A stretch of 64,000 nucleotides of DNA from Fistulifera solaris (Eukaryota): positions 992,001 to 1,056,000 of the forward strand of contig AP026125.1 in assembly GCA_030295235.1 (NCBI GenBank), written 5' to 3'. The notes beneath the pieces are model-generated. The model made no database searches. It saw only the letters and a program-made list of their open reading frames with translations, and was not told where the DNA came from. The position numbers and the translations under genes are program-made. Each line of letters begins with the position of its first letter. The first letter of the stretch is position 1. This document shows, one piece after another, positions 47,335-59,498 of the stretch.

Positions 47335-50300
47335 ATGAGCTTGGCGGACGAAGGATTGGGCCTAGCGACAGGTGGCCCTCTCAAAACGTCCCTCCATCTC
47401 GATTTTCTTGGCCTTCCGTCTTTCGCCGTTTCATGGGACGGAAAGATTGAAGCGTGGAACCAAAAACTAGCCGCACTTAGTCAATTATCTGAAGCTGAAG
47501 CGCTCCAAAACTGTCTTCCGGATATTCTGGAATCAGACGAAGATCGTCTTCAATGGCAAAATGCATTAGGAAGATGTTTTGAAGAAAGGAGCCCCCAAAA
47601 GTGCACAGTGCACATGAAATGTTGCTCAGATACATCGCCCTTTTCTATTTGTATAGCACCCTACTCCTCAGGGGACGCCGTGGTGGATTTTGCAGTATGT
47701 TTTGTTGAAGCCTGCGAAAGGACCGACAATAGGACGTTGACATTTCACAGACCAAAGAAAAATGAGGCGTCGATAGAGTTGGCCGAGTCAGATTACTGCT
47801 CGATTGTCGAAACGTCGAACTTTGCAACCATGGGAATAGATACAGACTATACAGTCTTCCTTTGGAATTCAAAAATGGAGGAGATTTCGGAGTTTTCGCG
47901 ATCAGAAGTCATAGGGAAGAAAATACCCAATACTTTTCTCATATCATCCCATTTCGAAAAAAGTTGTAAAAAGGCGTTCGCGGGGGAAACCACATCAACA
48001 TGCTGTCTTGAATTGACAACAAAGTGCGGGAATCTGCTGCATTTACGGTCGGTCTTTACTCCGTACATGGACGAAAGTAATGCGATTCGAGGCGCTATCG
48101 CCATGGCGGAAATTTGTATAGGGGACGCGTACTGTAACTCTGCAGTCGGACTTCCAGCTGAAGTTATTCAGCAAATAAAGGATGTTGATACTATTTTAGT
48201 AATGGGGGTCGATCGGAATGGACTGGTGGATGAATGGAACACTGCTACGGCTAATGCAACCGGTGTCGGAATGAATGACGCTTTTAAGAAGCCTTTCATC
48301 AAGACTTTCATACCCGAGGGCAAAAGAGAGCTAATACAGCTTGTACAAAATGACACTTTGCTCGGAAAAGGAATATCAAGCTATGAGCTCGAAATTAATA
48401 CTCACAACGGCGAATCGAGACACCTAATTGTTTCGACGGCGCCCCGTGCTGGTGAGAACAAGCAAGTGTGCGGCGCATTGTACATAGCACACGACATCAC
48501 TGTAGCTTTTGAACAAAAACGGGCGGTCGAGGCAATGACAAATGAATTTAAAAGATTAATTGATGACGCGAATGCTCCCGTCTTTGGTATTGATTGTGAT
48601 GGGTAAGTGCTGCGCTGTCGAAGGTGCTGTTGTCGGGTAATCGTCCTGCTGTCTTGGTCTAACCTTATTGTGCGTGTCAGTATAATAAATGAATGGAACG
48701 AGAAAACAGAGGAAATAACCGGATATGATACGGTAGAAGTCATTGGCTGCCCTCTTATTGACTCTTTCATCCCATCGGCATTTCAGACATCGATGAAGGA
48801 GGTTCTTGACAATGCTATGCAAGGAAAAGGCACCATGAAATTTGAAATTGAATTTCGGATCAAATCAAACGAATTGAGACATTTTCTTTTGAATGTGACG
48901 ACACGGAGAGACGCAGAAAATAATATTGTGGGTGCTGTCATAGTCGCTCAAGATGTTACGGAGTCAGTGCAACGGGATCGCGCAGTCGCGGGTATGGCTT
49001 TCGAACTAAGACAAATTATTGACACGGCAAATGCGCCAATCTTTGGAATCGACGTCAATGGAAAGGTAAATGAATGGAACAAAAGAGCCCAAATCATTAC
49101 AGGCTACTCGAAAGAGGAAACGTTTGATGAACCACTGGTAGATCGATTCATCGCGCCCTCAATGCAAGAAAAAGTCCGGGAAATCTTGTCGTCTGCATTA
49201 CAAGGAAATGAAACATCGAATTATGAACTTGAATTCGTTGCTAAAGACGGAACCTCACGCTTTTTATTAGTCAATGCGACAACAAGAAGAGACCCTGAGC
49301 TCAATGTCGTCGGAGGTAAGAAAGTGAAGATTTGTTCATGTCTTCGTGTCATCAAACTGAAAAGTTGTTTCTGTGAAGTTGTTGGTGTCGCTCAGGATGT
49401 TACCGAAGATAGAAAACAAGCCGCTAAACTACGTGAGATGCAGTATCTTCAAGCAACTCAAGAGGCCAAAGTAGAGACTGAAAGGAACATGACTGCATAT
49501 TTTGCTCATGAGTTGCGTAACCCGCTCGGGGCTATTGATAGTGCACTAGCAGCAATGCCAGACGACCTCCCAGAATCTGCACTTGATCTTGTTTCTGGTA
49601 TGCGTTTATGTACTAGTTTCATGTCTTCCATAATGAATAACTTGCTGGACGTACGAAAGATGGAAGAAGGGAAAATGACTTTGTCAAGACAGCAGATAAA
49701 TTTGCGCAATGTTGCGACTGGTGTTCAGCAAATGCTTTTATCTTCAGTAAAACCTGGCGTTACTTTCAACGTTGTCTATCAAACTAATGGGAGGTCGTGG
49801 GTCATGGGCGATGAACACCGAATTCAACAAGTGCTCACGAACGTCGTCACAAACGCTATCAAGTACACGGTAACCGGTTCTATCACTTTGAAAGTTATGT
49901 GGGAAGGGAAAAACGTCAGATTTGAAGTGGTGGATACTGGACCAGGAATTCCAGCCAGTGAACAGGAAAAACTTTTTCAACGTTTTGTGCAAAGAGGTGG
50001 GGCACCAGGAACAGGCTTAGGGCTGGCGATCGCAAAACATCTGGTCGATTTAATTGGTGGTTCAATCTGGTTCATAAGCGAACCTACAGTTCGGCCGGGA
50101 ACCACCTGTGTTGTTTTGATGCCACTAGAGGAGTGCGATTCTCCAGTTACCGCGATAAACATTGGCGATATACACAAAATGATTGGCGAGCCATTGCGCT
50201 TTCTCATTATCGATGATATAAAAATGAATCGAACCATGCTGAAAAGAAGAATTTTGAAATGTATTGCACCAAATTCTATCGTAGAGGAGGCTGCGACGGG

Positions 50301-50576
50301 GAGGAAGCCCTCACAATATGCGGAAACCGCAACTTTGATGTAATAATAGTTGACCAGTATATGGAAGAAGCGGGAGGGGTCATGGTTGGAACGGATGTTT
50401 GCTATGCAATGCGCCGTATGAACATCGAGGCGGTGATGATCGGATGCTCGGGAAATGATCTTGATAAAGAGTTCATGGAAGCTGGGGCAAATTTTGTCTG
50501 GAAAAAACCTATGCCAATCAACGACATGATCATCGCAGATCTCAAACAAGCTCTAGGACTCAACAACCATCCATAA
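47335..50576 (+). CDS. Multi-PAS hybrid sensor histidine kinase with receiver domain
   Basis: About five PAS repeats (ANAPIFGID..GKVNEWN), H-box YFAHELRNPL, N-box QVLTNVVTNAIKYT, DTGPGI, GTGLGLAI, receiver IIDD...IIVDQYM...WKKP. Introns 48603-48680 and 49316-49378. Frameshift at ~50298. Confidence 0.93.
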
Positions 50577-50606
50577 TTTTTTTCAAATGAGTATCCTTTT
50601 AGGTTA

Positions 50607-53592
50607 TCACTCCCCCCTCGAAATCTCATCCGTACTTTGTACAAGCTCAAGAACATCAGGCCGAATTGGTATTCCTTTCGAAATAGTAACGTTGACACAA
50701 TCTGAAAATTTCTTTTGATTGCCAAGCTTCCAAAATGCCAATGAAAGATCTGACAAAAAGGCGCTGTCGCTATAGACGTCTGTGCGCTCAGCCTCGCGAG
50801 AAACTCTCATAATGAGATCGTTCCATTGCTTCGCATCGTGAGGTACGCCCGGTATCTTTATGTCGTCAGGAGAAGCTTCAAGGGCACCATGCACAATTGA
50901 ATACATTGTTGTAGGTTCTGCGATCACCCCCTCTGACACGCTTGACTCGAACATTGCAATTAATAAAGCTAATTCTTTCGAATGAGCTGTTTTTATGTCA
51001 TTCCAGCGCATCAGTCGACGTAGAAGAGGAAAGCCCAGGTTCTCCTTCACTATCCAATACTTTGATTGAAGCCATTCCGATGGCTTTTTCCTCATTAGGC
51101 TGGCAATTTCATCCACAATATTTCGGAGAAGACGAACGTTTCCAGAATCCGGACCATCCGCAACAGCTTTCATAGCAATAACACTGAGATGTTCGGAGTT
51201 GCAGCCGGTGCTCAACGCCTGCCCATAGACCTCTGTGACACCACTCCATTCCTTGTTGTTGGCCAACCCAGTTGCAACTATTTCAAATGTTTCGGGATTT
51301 AAACAAGTGCGTGGCATTTGCTGAAAAAGCTCTAACGCCCCCCTACTTTTTCCTTTTGCGAAATAGACTCGAAGTGCCTGGTTGCAGCTCAGTATCCACG
51401 TGGTCTCGTCTTTCAGTAAAAGAACGCGCAGTTTCGATTCAATCAGCTGGTGCGAAAATGTATCATTGCCAGTAGCGTGGGCTATCGCAATAGAAGCAGC
51501 AAGATAGGAATCGGTGAATGGAAGCGATTGATTGCTTGTACTAGGCAGCACTGACTCAAGCCACTGAGACAAAACGAGACCGACGCCCGGCTCCGACATC
51601 ACAACAGAGCCTCTCATGCAGGTGGCTGTAGCATCTGATATCAGCCGCAAGTCCTCCGCCGAAAGCATTACCTGGCCTCTACTAGCCTTTAGAGACATGG
51701 ATGCAATCCGTTGAACTCGGTCAAATAAAATTTGCCATTCATCCGATACGACTTTGTTCGTCTGCGATCGTGCCCAGTCATAAACTTCTTGAGCTTCAGT
51801 TGCAATTTGACCAGAATTTGTCTCTTCAAAGATCAAACATGCTTCGGCAAATAAGTCGATACCACAGAGTGAAACCATACTCGCGGTCAAGAGTTCCTCC
51901 TCGCTGATACAAGGCAGCGATAAAAGTTTGAGCAAGCTATCGATGCATCCTTTATGTTGATCGTCAAGAGAGGACTCGAACTTTTTATGTTGTTCGTAGC
52001 ATGTCGCGAAAAGGACCTGGCTTAATAAAGCGGCTCCAGGAAACCCTTGAGACGTACACACGCGAATCACCGGGAGCAATAATAAATGTAAGGAACTGTC
52101 TAACGTTTCAAGAGGCGAGCCGGTTTCGCCAGATGTAGACAGGAGCTGCTCATCGTCACTGACCAATAGCGACCCGTACTGAAAATGGAAAGGTAGCAGC
52201 GCAATACGTATTGCATCCCTCCACTTTCCATCCTTTTCACAAGCGAGAAGAGTACCAAAGAGAGCTTGTGTCGATACCTTTGCTCCATCTTCTAATACCG
52301 TATTTAGAACAGCCAGCGCCCTTTCGCTCATTCCATCTTGACTAGTACGACCCAAAGCAATGAGGGCAAGATCCCGACAAAGAGGATGTAACCGATCTTC
52401 CCCACCACTCCATTGCCATTCATTCGCCACGTGATTTGCATCGAGGAGTTCGTTGTATAGCCGAACTGCATGGTCGTATTGTTCGCACAGGATACATGTC
52501 TTCATACCAGCTGCGACCAGAGGCTTCAAATCAATTAGAAGATTTAATGCGAAAGTAAGGTCGCAAGCGTTTAACACATACCTGACCAAATTTACCAGCG
52601 TTCGAAGCTTTGTTTAAAAAGTCAACAGCAGCTTGCCATTCACCAACTAGTCCGATCGCAGTTCCAGCAGCAATAACATCTGAGGGAATAGAGTTAGAGG
52701 AAATACGGAATATGACACCCCCATGCTCTTCCTCCGACTTACATCGATCCTGATCGGACGGAGATACCATTGACATGCGAAGTACTGCATCGAAAACACG
52801 TTCAACGGCGGATAGTTTCTTGTTCTTGGCATCACGTGCTATTGCATACAACCCTATTGGTTCTGTGATCGAAATATCGCAGGGATTGTAACCAGCGCGA
52901 TTGGGGTCAATGTGCCGCCAGAAAACATCGGAAGCTTCGGACCATCGCTGTTCACGACATGCAGTGACGACAGCGTACTCGCAGTGACTGTGTTGCAGCT
53001 CGATCTTCCATTCGTTTTCCATCAGATCAATGAGACGTCCACACTCATCAAACGGCGACACTTCATCAGCGTTCATACCACACAGGCTCAAAAGCCTAAA
53101 AATTTCCTCCAGCAAAACGGAGCATTCATGCCGGTGTTTTCCATTCGCTTTGATGACACCTATCCGAACCTGATGTTCGAAATCAGAAATAATAGCTTTC
53201 AAGCGGTGAAATGCATCATCTCTGCGATTATCCTGATAATCCTGTGCCCGAGCCCATACAGGAGGTAAATCACCTAATTCACTTATCGTTTGCTTCAAAT
53301 CCACCACTCTCAAAAGTATATCTCGAAAAATTCCTTTCACAGCTTGTGGATTGCCTGTCTTTCTCAAGCTCTGGCCTTCTATTTTGTTAGACACCAAATT
53401 CGGTCCTCGCTCTTCTCGTTTTCGTGCGTCTCTACCATCGGAACGTCGCTTATCCGCTTTCGAATGCTTGTCGGATGCAAAAGACACTCGTGCAAATTGG
53501 TAAACCCCGCCATGACTACTGCGTCGGCGCACATTTTTAGCTCCAGTTTGGAAAAGTAATGCCTGCGTTCGAAACATGCTTCTTGCATTCAA
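50607..53592 (-). CDS. PPR/helical-repeat protein, probably organellar; 2 introns
   Basis: PPR-like helices (LLACEKDGKWRDAIRI, ALELFQQMPRTCLNPETFEIV, ACREQRWSEASDVF) and a basic N-terminal presequence. Confidence 0.65.
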
Positions 53593-53705
53593 ACAACAAA
53601 TATGTCCTTCTGTCCTTTATTATTGTTTGTCATGAAGGAACCCATTTTACTCATGTGAACGACATGGTCGCGTCGCGAAACCAGCTCAATTCTTTTTTCC
53701 TACAA

Positions 53706-54320
53706 GTTTTTACTATGATCCAAACAGTTAGTTGTACCAATCCACGACTGGTTTTCTGTCTTGAGACTGCATCAATCCTTTTGTAGTCTACATGCAGCCT
53801 GGAGCGCGATTTTTTTGTCATTTTTGCGTTTGATTATAGTCTCATTACATTAATCGATCTAACGCTAAATATTCTCTCTCCTTGGAAATTCGTGCAATTG
53901 CGATTTCAGCTTTCAGCCGGCAATGTCTTCGAGTCCCGACCTTCATGTTTTTACTATGATTCAAACAGTTAGTTGTACCAATCCACGACTGGTTTTCTGT
54001 CTTGAGACTGCATCAATCCTTTTGTAGTCTACATGCAGCCCGGAGCGCGATTTTTTTGTCATTTTCGCGTTTGATTATAGTCTCATTACATTAATCGATC
54101 TAACGCTAAATATTCTCTCTCCTTGGAAATTCGTGCAATTGCGATTTCAGCTTTCAGCCGGCATTGTCTTCGAGTCCCGACCTTCATGTTTTTACTATGA
54201 TTCAAACAGTTAGTTGTACCAATCCACGACTGGATTTCTGTCATGAGACTGCATCAATCCATTTAATTGTCATTTTCGCGTTTGATTATAGTGTCATTAC
54301 ATTAATAGATCTAACATAAA
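53706..54320. repeat. 241-bp tandem repeat, 2.5 near-identical copies
   Basis: GTTTTTACTATGAT(C/T)CAAACAGTTAGTTGTACC at 53706, 53947 and 54188; the third copy is internally deleted. Confidence 0.96.
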
Positions 54321-54494
54321 CCTTGAAAACGGAGTACAGTACACCCAAATAGAAGACCTCGCCGCCCGCCCTGCTGACGCCGACTTAATTCCCGAGTCTC
54401 AGAATTAGCGGCAATTCCGGGACTGATCGACGAGCAGACGATCTATGGTTCTACGTACGAAAAAAGTAGTTTAGCGGCGCATGAATCATCCCTA

Positions 54495-55531
54495 TTATTT
54501 ATCCTTTCCGTCTTTTCTTGTTTGTTTCGGTTCTCGTCGATAAAACAGTTCTAGTATTTCAGCATAGCGAGAACTAGTTGCTGCAATCGATGCTAATGAT
54601 AGCGCATCATCTAGAACAACAGGTTGTCTAGAATCCCCTACCGAAAACAGAAGTTGAATTTTGAGGTGGGGCCCTAAATTCAGCTTCTGTTGAAGAAATT
54701 TTTGATCACTTGTACCGTCACGGTATCTGGCGTTCGTATGTAAGGAAGATCTAGCCGACCAAGTTGATGTTCCACGCAATCCGGTTCGTGACGTAGGAGA
54801 GCAAAGTCGATCATCAGCGAGAGTCCATCCCGTAACCCCCCGACCGAATCTTGTCTAGTATTTTTCGATTGTTCTGTTCGTTTTTTTGAAATACCTTTCT
54901 GCAAAGACGTGGTTGCCAGACTAGGATTATTGTTGAGTGATTTATCGAAGGCACGCGCTTCCCCAAATATACCTTCGATGAGGCTATCAAACGCAGGATC
55001 TCGGGACAGTTTGCGCCGGGAAGGGATTGGAGCTCGACAAATGGGACACTGTCCGGATGTCGTGCCCACCGTAAGTGCTCGTTCTATACACTCCTCACAA
55101 AACCGATGTAAGCACTCCACGACAACGGCCTTGTAAATTGTTTCTAAGCAAATGGCACATCGAAAGCATTGTAACAGCGCATTCATCGGCCTCTGTATCC
55201 ATCCTGATAGAACTGGACGCGGTTGGCGGTGCCACTCATACAAAGTGAGGCCATCCTCGCGATCGGGTTCCTGCCAATGGGACCGTGGGTGTAACGAAGG
55301 TATCTTCTTGGAGCTCGAATTGGGAGATGATTTCTTCTTCTTGAATGGAAAAGTAGAAGAAGATTCGCTTTCCTCGTCATGTGTACTCGCTTCTCTTTTA
55401 GCAGGTGCACACTTTCTTTGAAGTGAACTGTCTTTCTCATGATGATGCTTAGTTTTCCGCCGACTAGTGCTCACTTTTATGTTGCTTTCTTGGGACTGGG
55501 ACCTTACCGCTTGAAAGTCTTTTTTCTTCAT
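54495..55531 (-). CDS. RING1/PCGF-like Polycomb PRC1 subunit (C3HC4 RING plus RAWUL-like domain)
   Basis: FRCAICLETI...ECLHRFCEECIERAL...QCPICRAPIPSRRKLSRDPAFDSLI. LPYIRTPDTVTVQVIK continues across an A-run frameshift (~54700) into KFLQQKL...LELFYR. Confidence 0.78.
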
Positions 55532-55623
55532 TTTCAGATGACCCTTGCATATCTGTTATAAAAGCCGGAAAGAGAATAGGTAGTAGTACAAGGTAAGCAA
55601 CGAAATTATCGTCACAATAACGT

Positions 55624-55976
55624 TCCCAAAAAATCAGGGGTGTGGTATTATTTTGACGTGTCCATCTATTTATAATCTATTTATAATCTATTTATAATAT
55701 CTATTTATAATAGCGCGCTGTCCGTGTGTGTGTGTGTCACGTCGGTCCCGGGTGTGACGCTATCCCCGGGGATCGAGCCCCCCGCTTGCGGGAAGGGCGA
55801 GAACGAAAAAAGCCCTGCAGGGCTAGACGCCGAAGGCGGCTAGTAAATAATAATGTGGGCGAGTGTTATTTTGACGTCTCCAGAAAATGTGGGCAAGGGC
55901 AAGTGGTATTTGACGCTTGTTTGACGCGTCCAGAAAATGTGGGCGAGTGTTATTTTGAAGTGTCCAGAAAATCTGG
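55624..55976 (-). repeat. Family C minisatellite in reverse orientation, interrupted by an insertion
   Basis: Plus strand shows repeated TTATTTTGACGT.TCCAGAAAATGTGGGC, the reverse complement of the CCCACATTTTCTGG core. Confidence 0.8.
55665..55843 (+). mobile_element. Non-autonomous Helitron-like element (179 bp)
   Basis: Starts TC after host A, with reiterated TCTATTTATAA 5' ends and a (GT)n tract. GC-rich hairpins AGCCCTGCAGGGCT and CGCCGAAGGCG precede the terminal CTAG, followed by host T. No TSD. Confidence 0.8.
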
Positions 55977-56332
55977 TAGTTTCGTAGTATACAGTAAACC
56001 TTACAGTAGGGGTAAGCCTCGAAGAGCACGTGACTCAACTTCCCGTGATCCACAATTTTCTCGATGAATGCGATGTTTTCATTGTTTCAAAATGCTTTCG
56101 TCATTCAAGTTGTCAAAAGCGCATGATGTCAAGATTGCACGATGCCTGCTTCAATATTACCTGTTGAGTCCGATCCTTAGAGTTTATCTGAAAGTAAAGA
56201 CCCTAAACAGCGAAAGCGACAAAAGCAAGGGGTTTCACAGGCTACGAAATGATGAAGACGAGCAAACTTCGTCGCCTCATCGGTGCTCTTGCACTTGTTG
56301 CTAGCTCCGTAAGATCGGTCTTGTTGCTGGAC

Positions 56333-57457
56333 ATGATCGATTCCGCTTTAGTTTATGATATACTGGAATATCCAGGGAACTTTACAGACATTGAGGAAGA
56401 ACGGTTGTGTGAAAAGATGGTGAATGCATTGACACTGGAAGAGCAGGAGATTGCCGCCCGAACATCCCACGCCTATTGGTTTGCGTCGTTGAAGAGCGAG
56501 TACGTTTCGACGGAGGCACGCTTGCGCACCGCCAGAAAGGAAGCACGTCGCCATCTTGTTGCAGAAAAGGGAAATTGGGAGGGAGCAGTGATTCGATTGA
56601 AAGAAACGTGTCGACTTCGAAAGGTAAGGACGAAAACGATGATGATAACATGGGACGCGTAGTTATCAATTTTACCTGAGCAGCGACTGAACAGGAGAAA
56701 AACTTGGAACTTCTACGTCTGTGTTTTGTGGAAAATGCCGATTCTTATATCGTTAACGAGGAAGATCGTCCCTTGATACATCGATGGGAAGAACAACTTC
56801 AAAGAGAAATGACACGCCAGGCCACATGGGTAAGCTTTAACGAGAACAACCAACACGCAATACTGCATCGGTCTTCCCGGAATACACCAGAGTTGGACGA
56901 AGAAGCGTACCACCTGCTCGTACTTTACGCCACTGAACATGCCCTGGCGACGAGCGAGTTGCTTTCGAAAGGCCAAATAGAGACATGCACCCTCGTGCTG
57001 TATTTTAAAAACTATTATTCCGACAACATGCCGCCGCTTAGCGTAGTGCGTACTTCCTTGACGGAGTTGCAGATGCTCTACCCGGAACGAATCACAAGAA
57101 TTTGGGTTTTGGATCCCCCGCGCTGGCTCAGGATCACCTACCGAATTGTATCAATGTTTTTGTCGAGTGAAACCAGGAACAAGGTGGGTCGTTAAAGAGT
57201 ATCATTTTGAGTGGTTATCATGTGACACGGATTACGAGTAAAAAACGCATTAACGTCATCTTCTTGCATTTGTGAAGGTTCAAATGGTTTCAGGGAAAGA
57301 CACCGATATGTCTAAAGAGGGTTTATCCAACGAAAACTCGCAGATCCAATACGACATAAAGAAAGGGTATAATCTTAATCTTGGCTCAATTGCTAGGAAT
57401 ACGACTACTTTCGATGCAAGTCCGCAAAACTGTTCAGTGGTGGATGCGGCATCCTGA
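56333..57457 (+). CDS. CRAL-TRIO-like protein, paralog 2; 2 introns
   Basis: LQMLYPERITRIWVLDPPRWLRITYRIVSMFLSSETRNKV; N-terminus homologous to paralogs 1 and 3. Confidence 0.8.
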
Positions 57458-58388
57458 GTTTGCAGAAAACGAGCGCTATTTTGATCACTGAAATCCTTCC
57501 TTTTTGAGAATCAAAGAATAATCAACTACACGCTTGATTCATTCAGCATAATACATAACCTATAGTCAAGAGCGTTCATAACTGGTCGCTACTTTTCTTC
57601 TCTCGATGAATGCTTCTTGTCGCCTCTTCGCACCTTCAGCTAGCTAGCCATGAGATCCCCGCAAGCCTCCTCACTCGTCACCTCGCATTCCGCACGCGGG
57701 TGTAGGATGAAACTATAGCGAACATGAACCCCATTCTTTCGCATTGATTGCTTTTTGAAGTCTACAAGTAGTTGCATAAATTAAGAAGCCCACTGGTTTC
57801 TTATTTCGAAGAACAGGCCCAGTGCACAATTTCAAATATTTCAAACTACAACAAGAAAGTCTTGGCTCGTGGATGACCTTTTAGTCCCGACTTTATTAGA
57901 AGAACGCAAAAGGCCAAGCTGTTTAGCACCTCGTGCGTTGGAGGCACGCCGGCCGGCACACATTCCCGGATTTTTAGGCGCGATAGCGAGGTTTGTAAAT
58001 TTTACTTAGAGGTGCAAATTTTGTTCTTCAGAACGCTATTGAAGTTGTATCGACCATTTTCCATGAAAGAAATTTATTTCGCTCACAAAAACACACTCTC
58101 CAATTCAAAGTCGTAGACGAGCGGTACTCATCTGAGATTCATCTGTAACTATAAAACTCGCACATCGTGCCTGTATGTACCTCAAATGACCAAGACCAGA
58201 TTTTTGGTGCCGTTACGGACATTCATGTGGAGGGAATTCCCGAACTCAACGTTCGTATCATCACATTTTTCGCAACCCAAGTCCACCAATCCGTTAACTC
58301 CTCCCCATCGACGACGTGCGGCCTTTTGCTGCATTTTCCTTCGTCTCATTCATAACGTGTCATCAATTTATAGTTTCAGGTTCCTAAG

Positions 58389-59391
58389 ATGAAAGGCTTT
58401 GAACCACTATCAAACCAAAAGATCCGAGACATCTTGACCTTCCCAGGCGACTTCAAAGGCAAGGAAGAAGCGGCTTGCCGGCAGCTCGTGGGAGACTTGT
58501 CGAAAGAAGAAAGAGAATACTTTGCGCGTCGATCATACACTTACTGGTATGCTGTCATGACCGATGGACCTCTCCCAGAGAAGACTATTACCCGTATAGC
58601 TAGAAGGGAAGCTCTCCCTATTTACAGGGGCAAAAAGCACGATTATGCGAAAACCCTGGCAAGTATGCGAGCAATTATCAGCTTCCGAAAGGTAAGACGC
58701 GACGACGCATCTAAAAGAAACTTTATCCAACATACACACGTTCTCACGTCAATTGATTTAGGAATACCGACTAGACTTAATGAGATGCTGCTTTTCTGGA
58801 GACTTGTCGAAATTTAAACTCTCGCTTACCGAGCAAAAACATGTAGTGCAAATGGAAAAAATGATTGAAACCGAACTGGAGAGACACCCTACTTTTATCA
58901 GTGGACACGACGAGGAAGGTCACGCGAATCTGCACCGCCTGGTTCGACGAGACCCCGAAGTAAACGAAGATGAATTCGTTCTCGGAGCATTGTATGTTGC
59001 GGAACGCGCTCTCACGTCCACGGAAATACTTTCGAAAGGAACAACGCACATGATCAATTGCCTCTTTCACCAAGATGGCTACAAATGTTCCCTTGCCCCG
59101 CCAGCGTCAGCAATGAAGCGCGTGGCAAAGTTACTGGCTCAGCTCTATCCTGGGCAATGCAACAATGTTTTTATTCTAGATGCACCTCTCTGGGCTCGCG
59201 CCGCCTACAATGTTATTTCGGTCCTTCTCCCATCGGATACCCGTAGTAAAGTACGTCTCACTAGTGGACGATCGGATAAGGTACAGCGATATATGCCTCA
59301 GGTTGACTTGTCGAATGTCAACATCAAGCAAACCTTGTACGATGTCCCGTTTCATTGTTTATACCAATCCACGGTAAGGGTGGCACAATAA
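58389..59391 (+). CDS. CRAL-TRIO-like protein, paralog 3; 1 intron
   Basis: LAQLYPGQCNNVFILDAPLWARAAYNVISVLLPSDTRSKV; C-terminal VPFHC shared with paralog 1. Confidence 0.8.
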
Positions 59392-59498
59392 AAGCGCAAC
59401 CTAAGATTGCAGCTATTTGAACCCTTGTACATGAGGCAAACACGTTTTTAGAAAAAGATAAAGAGTAAAGACAACCTTTCTTACTCGCAAAAATTGCT

